A stretch of 64,000 nt of DNA from an uncultured Alphaproteobacteria bacterium (GCA_963840415.1 CAWIYX010000022.1:95199-159198); one strand, 5' to 3'; shown: positions 41,593-51,281, counted from the first letter of the stretch. Numbers and translations: made by a program. The notes: generated from the letters alone by a model not told the origin.

Positions 41593-41922
41593 ATGAAAAT
41601 GCACCAGATATCAAGATCGACAGCCACCGGGCTCGCGTCCGCGCTCGCGCTCTCGCTCGCCCTCGTGACCGCCGCGGCGGGCGGGACGTCCACGGGCACC
41701 GGCACGTTGCCCGGCGACATCGGCGCTGACACGGGCGCCGGGACCGGCGCGTCCGGGAGCGACATGTCGAATATCAACTCGGCCACGCCCAGCCCTCCGG
41801 ACGCGGGCGCAAAGCTCGAGAAGTGCATGCAGGAATGGGACGCGGCCACCCACATGTCGAAGGGGGAGTGGCGGACGACCTGTTTGCGCGCCTTGAATGA
41901 CGGTCCCTTGCCGGTGCGCTGA
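41593..41922 (+). CDS. Small secreted protein with CMxxWDxxTHMSKxEWxxTC motif
   Basis: Signal peptide, Gly/Thr-rich linker, two-Cys C-terminal helical hairpin. Confidence 0.7.
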   Translation: MKMHQISRSTATGLASALALSLALVTAAAGGTSTGTGTLPGDIGADTGAGTGASGSDMSNINSATPSPPDAGAKLEKCMQEWDAATHMSKGEWRTTCLRALNDGPLPVR

Positions 41923-41947
41923 GAGCGCGAGAGCAGGAGAAACGACA

Positions 41948-42172
41948 ATGGCCAAATGCGATGTGTGCGGAAACGACTACCGGCGAACCTTCAAGGTCAC
42001 GAGGGACGGCAGGACGATGACGTTCGACAGCTTCGAGTGCGCGATCGAGGCGCTCGCCCCGAGATGCGCCCACTGCAATTGCCGCGTGATCGGGCATGGC
42101 GTCGAGACGGCCGACGGCACGATCTTCTGCTGCGACCATTGCCTGCGCCATGCCGCCGGCAGGGCGGCGTAG
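41948..42172 (+). CDS. Prokaryotic metallothionein-like Cys-rich protein (74 aa)
   Basis: CDVCGNDY...FDSFECAI..LAP.CAHCNC..IGHG...FCCDHC; SD AGGAGA. Confidence 0.8.
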   Translation: MAKCDVCGNDYRRTFKVTRDGRTMTFDSFECAIEALAPRCAHCNCRVIGHGVETADGTIFCCDHCLRHAAGRAA

Positions 42173-42191
42173 GCTCGAGCAGGAGAGCGCA

Positions 42192-43676
42192 CTAGACGAT
42201 TTTAAGCTGCTGCAGTCCGAGGCTCAGGACCGGCGCGCGCGGCGAAAGGCCCAGCTCCTCCGGCTTCTCGAGATCGCGAACGGCAAAGGTGAGACGCAGC
42301 GGGCGGTCGGCGCTGACGAGCCCGGCAGGTATGGTCGTCGCCATGTAGCAGAAGCGCTCGGGACCCTTGGGGTCGCAAAACTCCCAGGTGGCGAAGACCT
42401 TGTCTTGGGCCATGACGTCGACGAGGAGCCGGGAGCGCCACTCGGCCCAGAACCACTTGAGGCAGGCAGTGACGTAGCGCGGGCCGTCGCTTTGAGGCTC
42501 CGGCCAGAGCACCAGCTCGGCCATCGGTCCCGTTATCCAGACGCCCCAATGCTCCATTTCGCCCCATGCCCCCTGCATGAAGCGGCGAGCGGCGTGCTCG
42601 CGAAATTCGATCGGCTCACCGAACGCATAGCCAATGCGCGCCTTGATCTGGCGCTCGGCGGCAGCAATGGCCGACATCTCGCCGGAATGCGGCGCGGATG
42701 GCGCGGTCTCGCTCGGGAACGGCAGGCCGAAACGCTCGAGCGCGACATGCATCAAGGCATCCGGGCTCATGTCGAAATCGCTGCGATGATCGTAGAGCGG
42801 CTCGTCCCGCATGGCGGCAAAGAAGTCGCCGATGAGGCGCGCGCGCTGTTCGCCAGTGAGCTCGTCGACCGGCAAGATCCATTGCTTGAGGACGAGGCGC
42901 TCGAGCACCGCAAAGAAGAACGCCAATCGCTCATCGAGCGTCACCGCGGCCGCGAGCGCGGCGTCGAGCAGGCTGGTGCATAGCGTCACCAGCGCGGTGC
43001 GCCTCTTCTCAAGCGGCCATTTCTCGAACCATTCGGTGGTGAGGCTCTCGACGTGGGCGCGCTTGAAATAGAGGAGCTGCGGCACGCGCACCATCTCGCC
43101 GTAGCGCGCGAGCTTGAGATACCAGGTGAAGTCCTCCCCGAAGCTATCGGTGGCCGTGATCCGCAGCGGCGCCGCCGCCCGCAGCGCTTCGCGGCGCACG
43201 AGGCCGCGCAGCGATCCCCAATAGAATGTCTCGAGCTGCGCCATGACGCGCTCGGCCGGTTCCGAGCCGGTGATCGAACTGCCGGTGCTGACCTTCTCGT
43301 GCGCTCCGAAGAACTGTATGTCGCAAAACACGACCGAGGCGGCGGGATGGCGCTCGGCCTCCGCGATGAGCACGGCGAAATAGCTCGGGTCGGTGAGGTC
43401 GTCCTGCTGGTAGTAGCAGAAGAACTCGCTTTCGTTCTGGGCCCAGAGCCAGTTGAGGTTGCCGGCCCAGCCGAGGCGCTTGGGCTGCATCACCATGCGG
43501 TAGCGAGGGTCGGCGAGGAATGGCTCGCACGCCGCCGCGCTCTGTTCGTCGGCCGCGTCGACCGAGATCAAGACCTCGAAATCCTGAAAGGTCTGGGCCT
43601 GAAGCGAGCGCAACGTCTCCGCCACATGGTCCGAGCCGCGGTAGACCGGCACTCCGACGAGAATGCGCTTGGGCAT
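42192..43676 (-). CDS. Family 2 glycosyltransferase with C-terminal beta-sandwich-like domain
   Basis: VGVPVYRG, SLQAQTFQDFEVLISVD, QQDD, GED; C-terminal WGEMEHWGVW motif. Confidence 0.85.
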   Translation of the reverse strand: MPKRILVGVPVYRGSDHVAETLRSLQAQTFQDFEVLISVDAADEQSAAACEPFLADPRYRMVMQPKRLGWAGNLNWLWAQNESEFFCYYQQDDLTDPSYFAVLIAEAERHPAASVVFCDIQFFGAHEKVSTGSSITGSEPAERVMAQLETFYWGSLRGLVRREALRAAAPLRITATDSFGEDFTWYLKLARYGEMVRVPQLLYFKRAHVESLTTEWFEKWPLEKRRTALVTLCTSLLDAALAAAVTLDERLAFFFAVLERLVLKQWILPVDELTGEQRARLIGDFFAAMRDEPLYDHRSDFDMSPDALMHVALERFGLPFPSETAPSAPHSGEMSAIAAAERQIKARIGYAFGEPIEFREHAARRFMQGAWGEMEHWGVWITGPMAELVLWPEPQSDGPRYVTACLKWFWAEWRSRLLVDVMAQDKVFATWEFCDPKGPERFCYMATTIPAGLVSADRPLRLTFAVRDLEKPEELGLSPRAPVLSLGLQQLKIV

Positions 43677-43679
43677 GGT

Positions 43680-44894
43680 TCATTCACCAAGGAGCAACGC
43701 GACGATCTCGCGCGCGAGCCGCGGCGCGATCGAATATTTTCCAGTATCGACCGAAATGTAGGAGCCTTTGTGGTCTATCCCGACCCGATAGCGCTGATGC
43801 AACGTCGCGTCGGGATCGGCGAGCGATCCCGCGCCTATCGCAAACACCCATCCGCCCTCGACGCGTAGCTCATCGATGTTGTCGGCGATCGACCGCACCG
43901 AAGGCAGGAGCCGGCCAAGCTCGGCAAAGGTTGAGGCGGCAATGCGCTTGCGTTCCGCGTCGTCCGGCAGCCGCACCGCGGGCGGAGCGACCTGATTGCC
44001 CTCGGCGCGCAATCCGGCGGGATACCAGCTCAGATAGAAATCGCGTCCATCGTAGTTCTTCGTGTCGCCGAAGGGACCGACGGCAATGACCGCGCTCGGC
44101 ATGGCGAGCGGTCGCAGCGTGCGTACGAAAAGGGCGAGACGATAGCGGTGCGACCAGGTCGTCTCCGGCAGGGGGCCGAGACTCGCATCGACGATCGGAC
44201 GCCCCTGCCAGAGTGCGTTGACGACGGCGTCGAACGGACCCTCGAGCCCGCGATCGGTGTCGATCAGCCACGGCCCGGAAGCGTCCGAGCGCACCGGCCG
44301 CACGCCGCGAACGCGTGTCGCGTAGTGCGGTTCGATGCGTGGCTCGGCGGAGAGCGCGGCCACGAAACGATCAGCGACGACTGTGGTCGAGACCGAGCGC
44401 TCGGGAGTGCGAAATCCCGCGACGATCTCGGCAGAACCCGCGAGCCGGTCCAATTCGCTCCGCCCCAAGCGCTCGACGCCGGCCCGCCTGAGGTCGACCA
44501 GGTAGCGGCCCGCGTCGGGATGATCGCGCGCCAGTCCCATCACCGCCTCGAAATAGGCGGCGACGTCGTCAGGGCCGGCGACCGAGTTCTTGTGGATCAA
44601 GTAGAGGTCGTCCTCGCGGGTGGTCGCGTCGCGCAGGCACGGACCGAGCAAGGTTTCGACATCGTCGCGAAAAGCGAGGCCGCCCGGCAGCAGGCGCCGC
44701 GCCGTTTGGAGCGAGCGATCGGCGGCATAGAGAAATCCCAGATGGATCTTGCCCTCGTTCCAGCGGCTCGCGCCTGAAAAGGGTTGATCCTCGGCATCGA
44801 ACAGCGACACGGCAGTGCCGCGGCGCGCCAGCAGCAAGGCGGTCGTGGACCCCATGATGCCCGCGCCGAGCACGGCCACAGTGCGGGGCGTCAT
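43680..44894 (-). CDS. FAD-dependent oxidoreductase (DAO-like)
   Basis: VAVLGAGIMGS Rossmann motif, ASRWNEGKIHLG, C-terminal DTGKYSIAP. Confidence 0.85.
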   Translation of the reverse strand: MTPRTVAVLGAGIMGSTTALLLARRGTAVSLFDAEDQPFSGASRWNEGKIHLGFLYAADRSLQTARRLLPGGLAFRDDVETLLGPCLRDATTREDDLYLIHKNSVAGPDDVAAYFEAVMGLARDHPDAGRYLVDLRRAGVERLGRSELDRLAGSAEIVAGFRTPERSVSTTVVADRFVAALSAEPRIEPHYATRVRGVRPVRSDASGPWLIDTDRGLEGPFDAVVNALWQGRPIVDASLGPLPETTWSHRYRLALFVRTLRPLAMPSAVIAVGPFGDTKNYDGRDFYLSWYPAGLRAEGNQVAPPAVRLPDDAERKRIAASTFAELGRLLPSVRSIADNIDELRVEGGWVFAIGAGSLADPDATLHQRYRVGIDHKGSYISVDTGKYSIAPRLAREIVALLLGE

Positions 44895-44946
44895 GCGAAG
44901 CTCGCGACAATCCGAGGCAGGGAATGGCCCCTCGGGTGCCTCACGA

Positions 44947-45417
44947 TCAATCCCGGATGTAGGAGGTCGGATCGTAGGGACGGGAGGCAAAGACCAGCAA
45001 CGTCGAGTTGGGCCGGCGATAGACCTGCTCGGACCACACGCCGCTTGCGATGTAAAGGGCATCCGACGGGGCCGTAAGCGTGAGGACCTGCTCGGCTCCG
45101 TGGTGGCGCAGCCGCACCTCGACTGCTCCCGCTACGCATACGAGTATCTGCTGTCCGCGGGCGTGGGCGTGACCGCCGCGCCTCGTTCCCACCGGCACAT
45201 TCGTCACGACGAAGCTGCGGCAGGGGGTAAACGGCAGCTGCGCGAAATCGAACGGTACGAGATCGCCGCGCGCGTCGCTGTTTACGTGAAAATGCAGCAG
45301 CCGCGCCCTTCCGTCGAAATAGGCGGCGACCTCCGCGAAATCCGCGGCAGGTTGTCGAGTGAGATCGGCATCGAAGGTCGCTGCAAGTTGCGTGCGCGAT
45401 GTCACGGCCCGCCTCAT
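44947..45417 (-). CDS. FdtA/QdtA-type cupin (sugar 3,4-ketoisomerase-like)
   Basis: DARGDL, LPF...R.F, RGGHAH, LLVFAS.PYD..Y; start uncertain. Confidence 0.82.
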   Translation of the reverse strand: MRRAVTSRTQLAATFDADLTRQPAADFAEVAAYFDGRARLLHFHVNSDARGDLVPFDFAQLPFTPCRSFVVTNVPVGTRRGGHAHARGQQILVCVAGAVEVRLRHHGAEQVLTLTAPSDALYIASGVWSEQVYRRPNSTLLVFASRPYDPTSYIRD

Positions 45418-45571
45418 TGAATTTCGCCGCCGCTCCTGTCCCCGCCGATTCGAATTAAGCGTCCGCTGCTGTTCCTCGACTACGATAGAACGCTCTGATC
45501 CACAAGTTAGCTGGTCCGAGCACGGCCTTTTGCTCAACTCGGCACTTGATCCGCACATTTTTTCACGTTGT

Positions 45572-47212
45572 TCAGCGAGGCGCCGGCGCTGCGCGGGCGA
45601 TGATCGCGTCCGCGTCGATGCCGCGCGGGAGCAGGCCGAATGCGCCTGAGCCGCCGTCGAGGCGCGAGGCGCAAAAGGCGTCGGCGACCGGGGCCGGCGC
45701 ATGGCGGACGAGAAGGGCGGCCTGCAACGCCAGGACAAGGTCGCGCGCGAAGACACGCGCCTGAGATTGGCTCGTCTCGGCCGTCGCGGCGCGAAGCTTC
45801 GCGGCGAAGGCCTCGAGCCGCGGCTCCTCGGCTGCCGCCTCGCGCAGCTCGTCCATCAGCACGTCCATCGCATGCGGCGCGCGGCCGAGAGCGCGCAGCA
45901 CGTCGAGGCACATGACGTTTCCCGAGCCCTCCCAGATCGAGTTCACCGGCGCCTCGCGGTAGAGGCGCGCCAAGGGGAACTCCTCGACGTAGCCGTTGCC
46001 GCCGAGCACCTCCATCGCCTCGACCGTCAGCGCCGGCGCGCGCTTGCAGATCCAGAATTTCGCGGCCGGCGTCACGACGCGGCGGAACGCCTCGGCCGCC
46101 TCGCCCTCCTCGTCATAGGCGCGGGCGAGCCGCATCGCGAGGACGGTCGCCGCCTCGCTCTCGAGCGCGAGGTCGGCGAGCACGTTTCTCATGAGCGCGT
46201 GATCGACAAGCCGCCTTTGAAATGCGGTACGATAATTGGCGTGGTGGATCGCCTGCGCCACCGCCTGGCGCATGAGCCCCGACGAGCCGATCGCGCAGTC
46301 GAGGCGCGTATGGGTGCCCATCTCGATGATGGTCGGAATGCCGCGGCCCGCTTCGCCGATGAGCTCGGCGTGGGCGCCGGCGAACTCTGCCTCGCTCGAG
46401 GCGTTCGAGCGGTTGCCGAGCTTGTCCTTCAGGCGCTGGATGTGGATCGCGTTGCGCTTCCCGTCGGGCGTCCAGCGCGGCACCAGGAAGCAGGTGGGGC
46501 CTGAGCTCGTTTGCGCAAGCACGAGGAATGCGTCGCACATGGGCGCCGACATGAACCACTTGTGGCCCGTGAGCCGGAAGTACGCCCGGCCGTCCTCGCT
46601 TGCATAGGGCTCGGCCCGCGAGACGTTGGTGCGCAGGTCCGAGCCGCCCTGGTTCTCGGTCATCGCCATGCCGATGAGGGCAGAGCCCTTCTCGGCGGCA
46701 GGACGGCAACGGCGGTCGTAGCCGCGCGCGAAGATCCGCGGCAGCCAGTCCGCCGCGACGGCCGGCGAGCGCTTGAGCGTCGGCACCGAGCCGTAGGTCA
46801 TCGAGATCGGGCAATAGACCCCGCTCTCGGTCTGGGCCAGCATGTAGGTGCCGACCGCGCGCGCGACGTGAGCGCCGCGGCGCGGCTTGGCCCACGGGCT
46901 GCTGTGCAGCCCGGCGCCGACCGCGATATCCATGAGCGCGTGCCAGGAGGGGTGGAACTCCACCTCGTCGATGCGGTTGCCCGCGCGGTCATGCGTCCGC
47001 AGGATCGGCGGATGGCGGTTGGCGTCGAAGCCCTGCGCGATCGTCTCCGCCGCGCCGAGGCGCGCGCCGAGCTCGGCGAGCTCGGCCTCGGCCCACCCGG
47101 CGTGCTCGCGATGGAGCGCCTCGCGAAGCACGGCGTCGGTTGCGAGCAGGTTCAAGTTCTCGAGCGGCGGCGGTTGGTTGGCGACGTCGAACATGTGCGA
47201 CTCTCGCGCCAT
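45572..47212 (-). CDS. aidB: AidB-like acyl-CoA dehydrogenase
   Basis: NQPPPL, VEFHPSWH, CPISMT, MTENQGGSD, GHKWFMSAPMCD, LKDKLGNRSNASSE, EAPVNSIWEGSGN. Confidence 0.88.
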   Translation of the reverse strand: MARESHMFDVANQPPPLENLNLLATDAVLREALHREHAGWAEAELAELGARLGAAETIAQGFDANRHPPILRTHDRAGNRIDEVEFHPSWHALMDIAVGAGLHSSPWAKPRRGAHVARAVGTYMLAQTESGVYCPISMTYGSVPTLKRSPAVAADWLPRIFARGYDRRCRPAAEKGSALIGMAMTENQGGSDLRTNVSRAEPYASEDGRAYFRLTGHKWFMSAPMCDAFLVLAQTSSGPTCFLVPRWTPDGKRNAIHIQRLKDKLGNRSNASSEAEFAGAHAELIGEAGRGIPTIIEMGTHTRLDCAIGSSGLMRQAVAQAIHHANYRTAFQRRLVDHALMRNVLADLALESEAATVLAMRLARAYDEEGEAAEAFRRVVTPAAKFWICKRAPALTVEAMEVLGGNGYVEEFPLARLYREAPVNSIWEGSGNVMCLDVLRALGRAPHAMDVLMDELREAAAEEPRLEAFAAKLRAATAETSQSQARVFARDLVLALQAALLVRHAPAPVADAFCASRLDGGSGAFGLLPRGIDADAIIARAAPAPR

Positions 47213-47224
47213 TCGACGCCGCCT

Positions 47225-48118
47225 TCAAGGGCGGGGGACTTCGGACGGCCTCAGCAGGAGCGCGACCGAGATCAGGATCGTGGCCGCGCCCGCCCACTGG
47301 AGGGGAGCGAGCCGCTCGCCGAGAGCCGCGTACGCCGTCGCGATGCCGAAGACCGGCGTGAGGTTGATGAAGATGCCGGCCGTGCTCGCCGGCACGGAGC
47401 GCAGGCCGTTGAGGTAGAGCCAGAACGCGGCGGCGTAGTACATGAGCCCCGAGGCCGCGCCGCCGAGCATCTCTTTCTGCGTGAGCGAGATGAGGGGTTG
47501 GGCGCTGCCCTGTGGGTCGAGCGGCCAGATGGCTGCAGCCCAGGCGAGGCCGGTCGTCTGCTGGATCGCGACGATGATCAGCGGATCGGCAGCGCCCGCG
47601 ATCCTTCGCGACACGACGGTGTAGAGCGCACAGCAGATCACGCCTCCGAGGATGAGCGCGACGCCGGCCGCGTTGCCCGCCGCGGGATCGCCCCCGCCGA
47701 CGAGGACGACGCCGATTGCCGCCGTAGCGGTGAGCGCCACGAGCCGGACCGTGACCGCCTCACGCAGCACGAGCCACGCCAGCGCGACGATGAGCGCGGG
47801 CTCTGCCGCCCACAACAGCGTCGCGACGCTCGCCGTCGTCTCTCTCAGGCCGAGCATGCTCAGCGTGTAGGAGAGCCCGGGATTGATGAGGCCGATCAGC
47901 GCCAGCGGGAGCAGCTCGCGCCGGAGCGGCGGGCGCGCTCCCGTGGCGGCGACGAGAAGCCAGAGGGTTGCGACGCTCGGTACAAGCTGGAGGATGAGAA
48001 GGGTGATGGGCGGAACGGAAATGAGCAGCTCTTTGCTGATGACCGTCGCGACGCCCCACAAGGCGCTCGCTAGGACGAGGGAGGCGCTCGGAGCGAGCGC
48101 AAGGGACGGACGTGCCAT
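47225..48118 (-). CDS. EamA/DMT family transporter
   Basis: About 10 hydrophobic segments in two EamA repeats (ASALWG, LREAVT, LGERL). Confidence 0.88.
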   Translation of the reverse strand: MARPSLALAPSASLVLASALWGVATVISKELLISVPPITLLILQLVPSVATLWLLVAATGARPPLRRELLPLALIGLINPGLSYTLSMLGLRETTASVATLLWAAEPALIVALAWLVLREAVTVRLVALTATAAIGVVLVGGGDPAAGNAAGVALILGGVICCALYTVVSRRIAGAADPLIIVAIQQTTGLAWAAAIWPLDPQGSAQPLISLTQKEMLGGAASGLMYYAAAFWLYLNGLRSVPASTAGIFINLTPVFGIATAYAALGERLAPLQWAGAATILISVALLLRPSEVPRP

Positions 48119-48336
48119 GACGGCTCTCCACGGAAGCGGAAAAGGCTCGAAAACCACGAATGCGATGCGGCGCTCGGCGTGCGAGCAGGGCACGCTTCGT
48201 CATCGCAGGTGTCGTAGCCGGGTTTCCGTGGAGGCCGATGGGACATGGATCGTTACGAGTTTCGATCGGCTGTGTGTGATAGGTGCAGAACCGAATAGCA
48301 GGCGCGCGCAGTGCGCTCAACGGCCCCGGCGAAATC

Positions 48337-48717
48337 ATGCGGTCCATTGACGAGGTCTTCCGTGCGCTCGAGCGCTCCGCCTTCCGCAGGCGCTTCCGGC
48401 TCGCGCCGAGGGACCGGGCCTACATCGCTGAGAGGACGCTGCCCGTCGTTCTCGGGCATGGGGCCGACTTCATCGCGAAGCGCCTTGCGCCGGCCGACCC
48501 TCCCAACGACGGCAAGCAGACGCCGTTTCGCGGCCACCCGGTGTTCGTCGCCCAGCATGCGACTGCCACCTGCTGCCGCTCCTGCCTTCAGAAGCTCCAC
48601 GGGATTCCCGCCGGCCGCGCGCTGACCGAAGCCGAGCGCGCTCATGTGCTCGCCGTAATCGAGCGCTGGCTCGAGAGCCAGCTCGCGGGCTCCGGAATGG
48701 ACAAGAGTGACCGATAG
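48337..48717 (+). CDS. DUF4186-family protein
   Basis: SAFRRRFRL, RLAPADPPNDGKQTPFRGHPVFVAQHATATCCRSCL. Confidence 0.9.
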   Translation: MRSIDEVFRALERSAFRRRFRLAPRDRAYIAERTLPVVLGHGADFIAKRLAPADPPNDGKQTPFRGHPVFVAQHATATCCRSCLQKLHGIPAGRALTEAERAHVLAVIERWLESQLAGSGMDKSDR

Positions 48718-48732
48718 CGTGGGCGGACAGTC

Positions 48733-48757
48733 AAAAGGCGGCGCGATGGCCGCCTTT
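48733..48757. terminator. Bidirectional terminator hairpin
   Basis: AAAAGGCGGC-gcgatg-GCCGCCTTT between convergent DUF4186 and EF-G genes. Confidence 0.7.
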
Positions 48758-48782
48758 CGCAGTCTCGAAGGTTGGGTCGCGT

Positions 48783-50848
48783 CTATTCAGCTGCCGCCTT
48801 GTGCTGGGTGAGCACCTGGTCGGCAAGGCGGCCGGTCAGCTCGGCCAGGTGGTCGAACCTCGCCGTGTAGGTGCCGACGCCCGCGGTCGCACTCCTGAGT
48901 TCGACGATGAGGTCGTCCATCTCGGCTTCCGGAATATGCGCCGACACCACGTCCCAGCCGGGCCAGCCGGGTCTCGAGTCGAAGCCCAGGATCTGCCCGC
49001 GCCGCTGCGGGATGATGCCGTTGATGCGCGCGGTGGCGTCCGACGGTACGGCGATATCGACGGCCATGATCGGCTCGAGTAGCACGGGATTGCACTTGGG
49101 CATCCCCTCGCTCATGGCGAGGCGCCCGGCCTGGCGGAACGCCATGTCGGAGCTGTCGACCGTATGATAGGAGCCGTCCATCAGCGTCACCGACAGGTCG
49201 ACGACGGGGAAGCCGAGCGGTCCCGACTTCAAGTAGTCGACGACGCCGATCTCGACCGACGGGATGAACTGCTTCGGCACCACGCCGCCCGTGATCTTGT
49301 CGCCGAAGGTGAAGCCCGAGCCGCGCGCGAGCGGCTGGATGTTCAAGACCACGTCGCCGAACTGGCCGTGGCCGCCCGACTGCTTCTTGTGGCGGCCGCG
49401 AATCTCGATCCCCTTGCGGATCGTCTCCTTGTAGGGGACGTGCCGGCGCTGGCGCTCGACGGTCACGCCGTACTTGCGCTGGAGCCGCTCGAAGGCGACG
49501 CGCAGGTGCATCTCGCCCTGGCCCTTGAGCAGCACCTGGTGCGTGTCCTGATTGTGCTCGAGGACGAGCGAGGGGTCCTCCTCGATGAGCTTGCCGAGCG
49601 CCGCCGAGAGCTTGACCTCGTCCTTCCGGTCCTTCAAGCCGATGCTCGAGCCGAGCACGGGCTCAGGCAGGACAGGACCCTTGATCTGCATGACGCTCGT
49701 CCTGTCGGCGGTGATCGTCTCGCCGGACCTGATGCGGTCGAGGCGCCCGAGCGCGACCGTGTCGCCGGCTTTGGCACTTCCCCGCTTGATCGCCTCCTCG
49801 CCCTTGAGCGTGAACATGCCGGCGATCCGCTCCTCGGCGCCCGAGGCCCCGGTCACCGTCGTGCTGTCGGCGAGATCGCCCGTGAGAAGGCGCCCGACGC
49901 TCATCTTGCCGCCGTGGGCGGTGTAGAGGGTCTTCATCACGTAGGCGGCGCTCTTGGCGTTCTCGACCTTGAGGCGCTTGGCCGTCTCGCCGACGAAGGG
50001 CACCTCGTGGCGCAAGGCCTTCAAGAAGTCGGAGGATGCCGTTGCCGTTCTCGGCGCTCCCGAGCAGCACCGGGCAGATGAGGCCGTCCTTGAGGTCCTT
50101 GGTCAGGTCGTCGAACACTTTGCCCTTCGGCGGCGGCTGATCGGAGAGGAGCTGCTCCATGAGCTCGTCGTCGTAGTCGGCGAGCTGCTCGAGCATGTGG
50201 AAGCGCGCCTCCTTCTCGCGGTCGAGCACGGAGGCGGGAATCTCGAGTGACCTCGGAGGGGGCGTGGCTGCGGTAGACGAAGGCGCGCTCGAGCGCGAGA
50301 TCGATAAAGCCGGTGGCGACCCCGTTCTCCCAAATCGGGATCTGGCGCAGCACGAGCGGCTTGGTGGAGGCGGGCTGCAGGATCGGCACGATCTCGCGGA
50401 CTGGCGTCATGAAGGTGTCGATCTTGTTCAGGAACAGGAAATGGGGAATGGCGCGGTCCTCGAGCTGCTTCAAGAGCACCTGGAGCGCGGGGACCCGCTT
50501 GCCGTCGGGCTCGGAGACGACGACGGCGGCGTCGCACGCGGTGAGGGCGAGCGCCCCTTCGTGCTGGAACTCGATCGAGCCGGGACAGTCGATGAAGGTG
50601 AAGGTGTCGCCGAGGAAGGAGACGTCGGCGATGTTGAGGGCGACGCTCATGCCGTGGTCGCGGGCTTCCGGCGACGCGTCGCCAACGGTGGTCTTGCCGG
50701 GGATGCTGCCCTGGCGCGTGATCGCGCCGGTGCGGGCGAGGATGGATTCAAGCAGCGTGGTCTTGCCCGAGAGATACGGGCCGATCAGTGCGATGCAGCG
50801 GGAGCTGCGGCCCGCCTGCCCGTCTCTCGGGCCATCGGATTGCCCCAT
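48783..50848 (-). CDS. fusA: Elongation factor G-like paralog (EF-G2); two frameshifts (about 50247 and 50026), likely sequencing errors
   Basis: GPYLSGKTT, DCPG, NKID, EEDPS, GEMHL, KKQSGGHGQFGDV, DGSYHTVDSS, LLEPIM across three frames; removing 2 nt gives 688 codons; SD AAGGAGG. Confidence 0.9.
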
Positions 50849-51281
50849 AGGTTCCTCCTTGTCACTCGCGGGCTTATGGCCGCCCGAGGAGTGTCGCGAG
50901 GCGCGCAGGGATGCGCCGGCCGCGCACCCCCGCGCCTCTCCCAAGGAGCGCGACGGGAGATCGTCGCGCCGTGTGCACCGCGGCGCAAGGGGGGTTCGAG
51001 GGTGTCCTCGAAAAAAACGCGCCACGAGATTAGCGCCGATAGCCCACCGAGCGGGTTGCCGCCAATCTTGCCTCCGATCCTGCTGGCTATTCCCCTACTG
51101 CGCCGCACAAGCAATTTTCATGCGTGTGCGAACCTCGATCACGGTTTATTACCAAAAATAACTTGACCTGCGGCCAACTTGCCTCATGATGAATTCTTCC
51201 CGCGCTCCCGCGATTTTTGGGGGAGCGCTGCCCGTAGGCTTCGTTAGTCCCATGCGAAGTGCCCCCGCAGAGTACGGTGCT

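Noticed and set aside
45420-45756. N-terminal extension of the cupin ORF to 269 aa
   Set aside because: It overlaps the aidB 3' end and intergenic DNA; the cupin homology starts after about 45417.
28274-50848. Programmed frameshifting or true pseudogenes in uvrD, asmA, fumC and EF-G2
   Set aside because: No slippery heptamers, no further decay, and single-base fixes restore full-length proteins; sequencing error is more parsimonious, pending reads.
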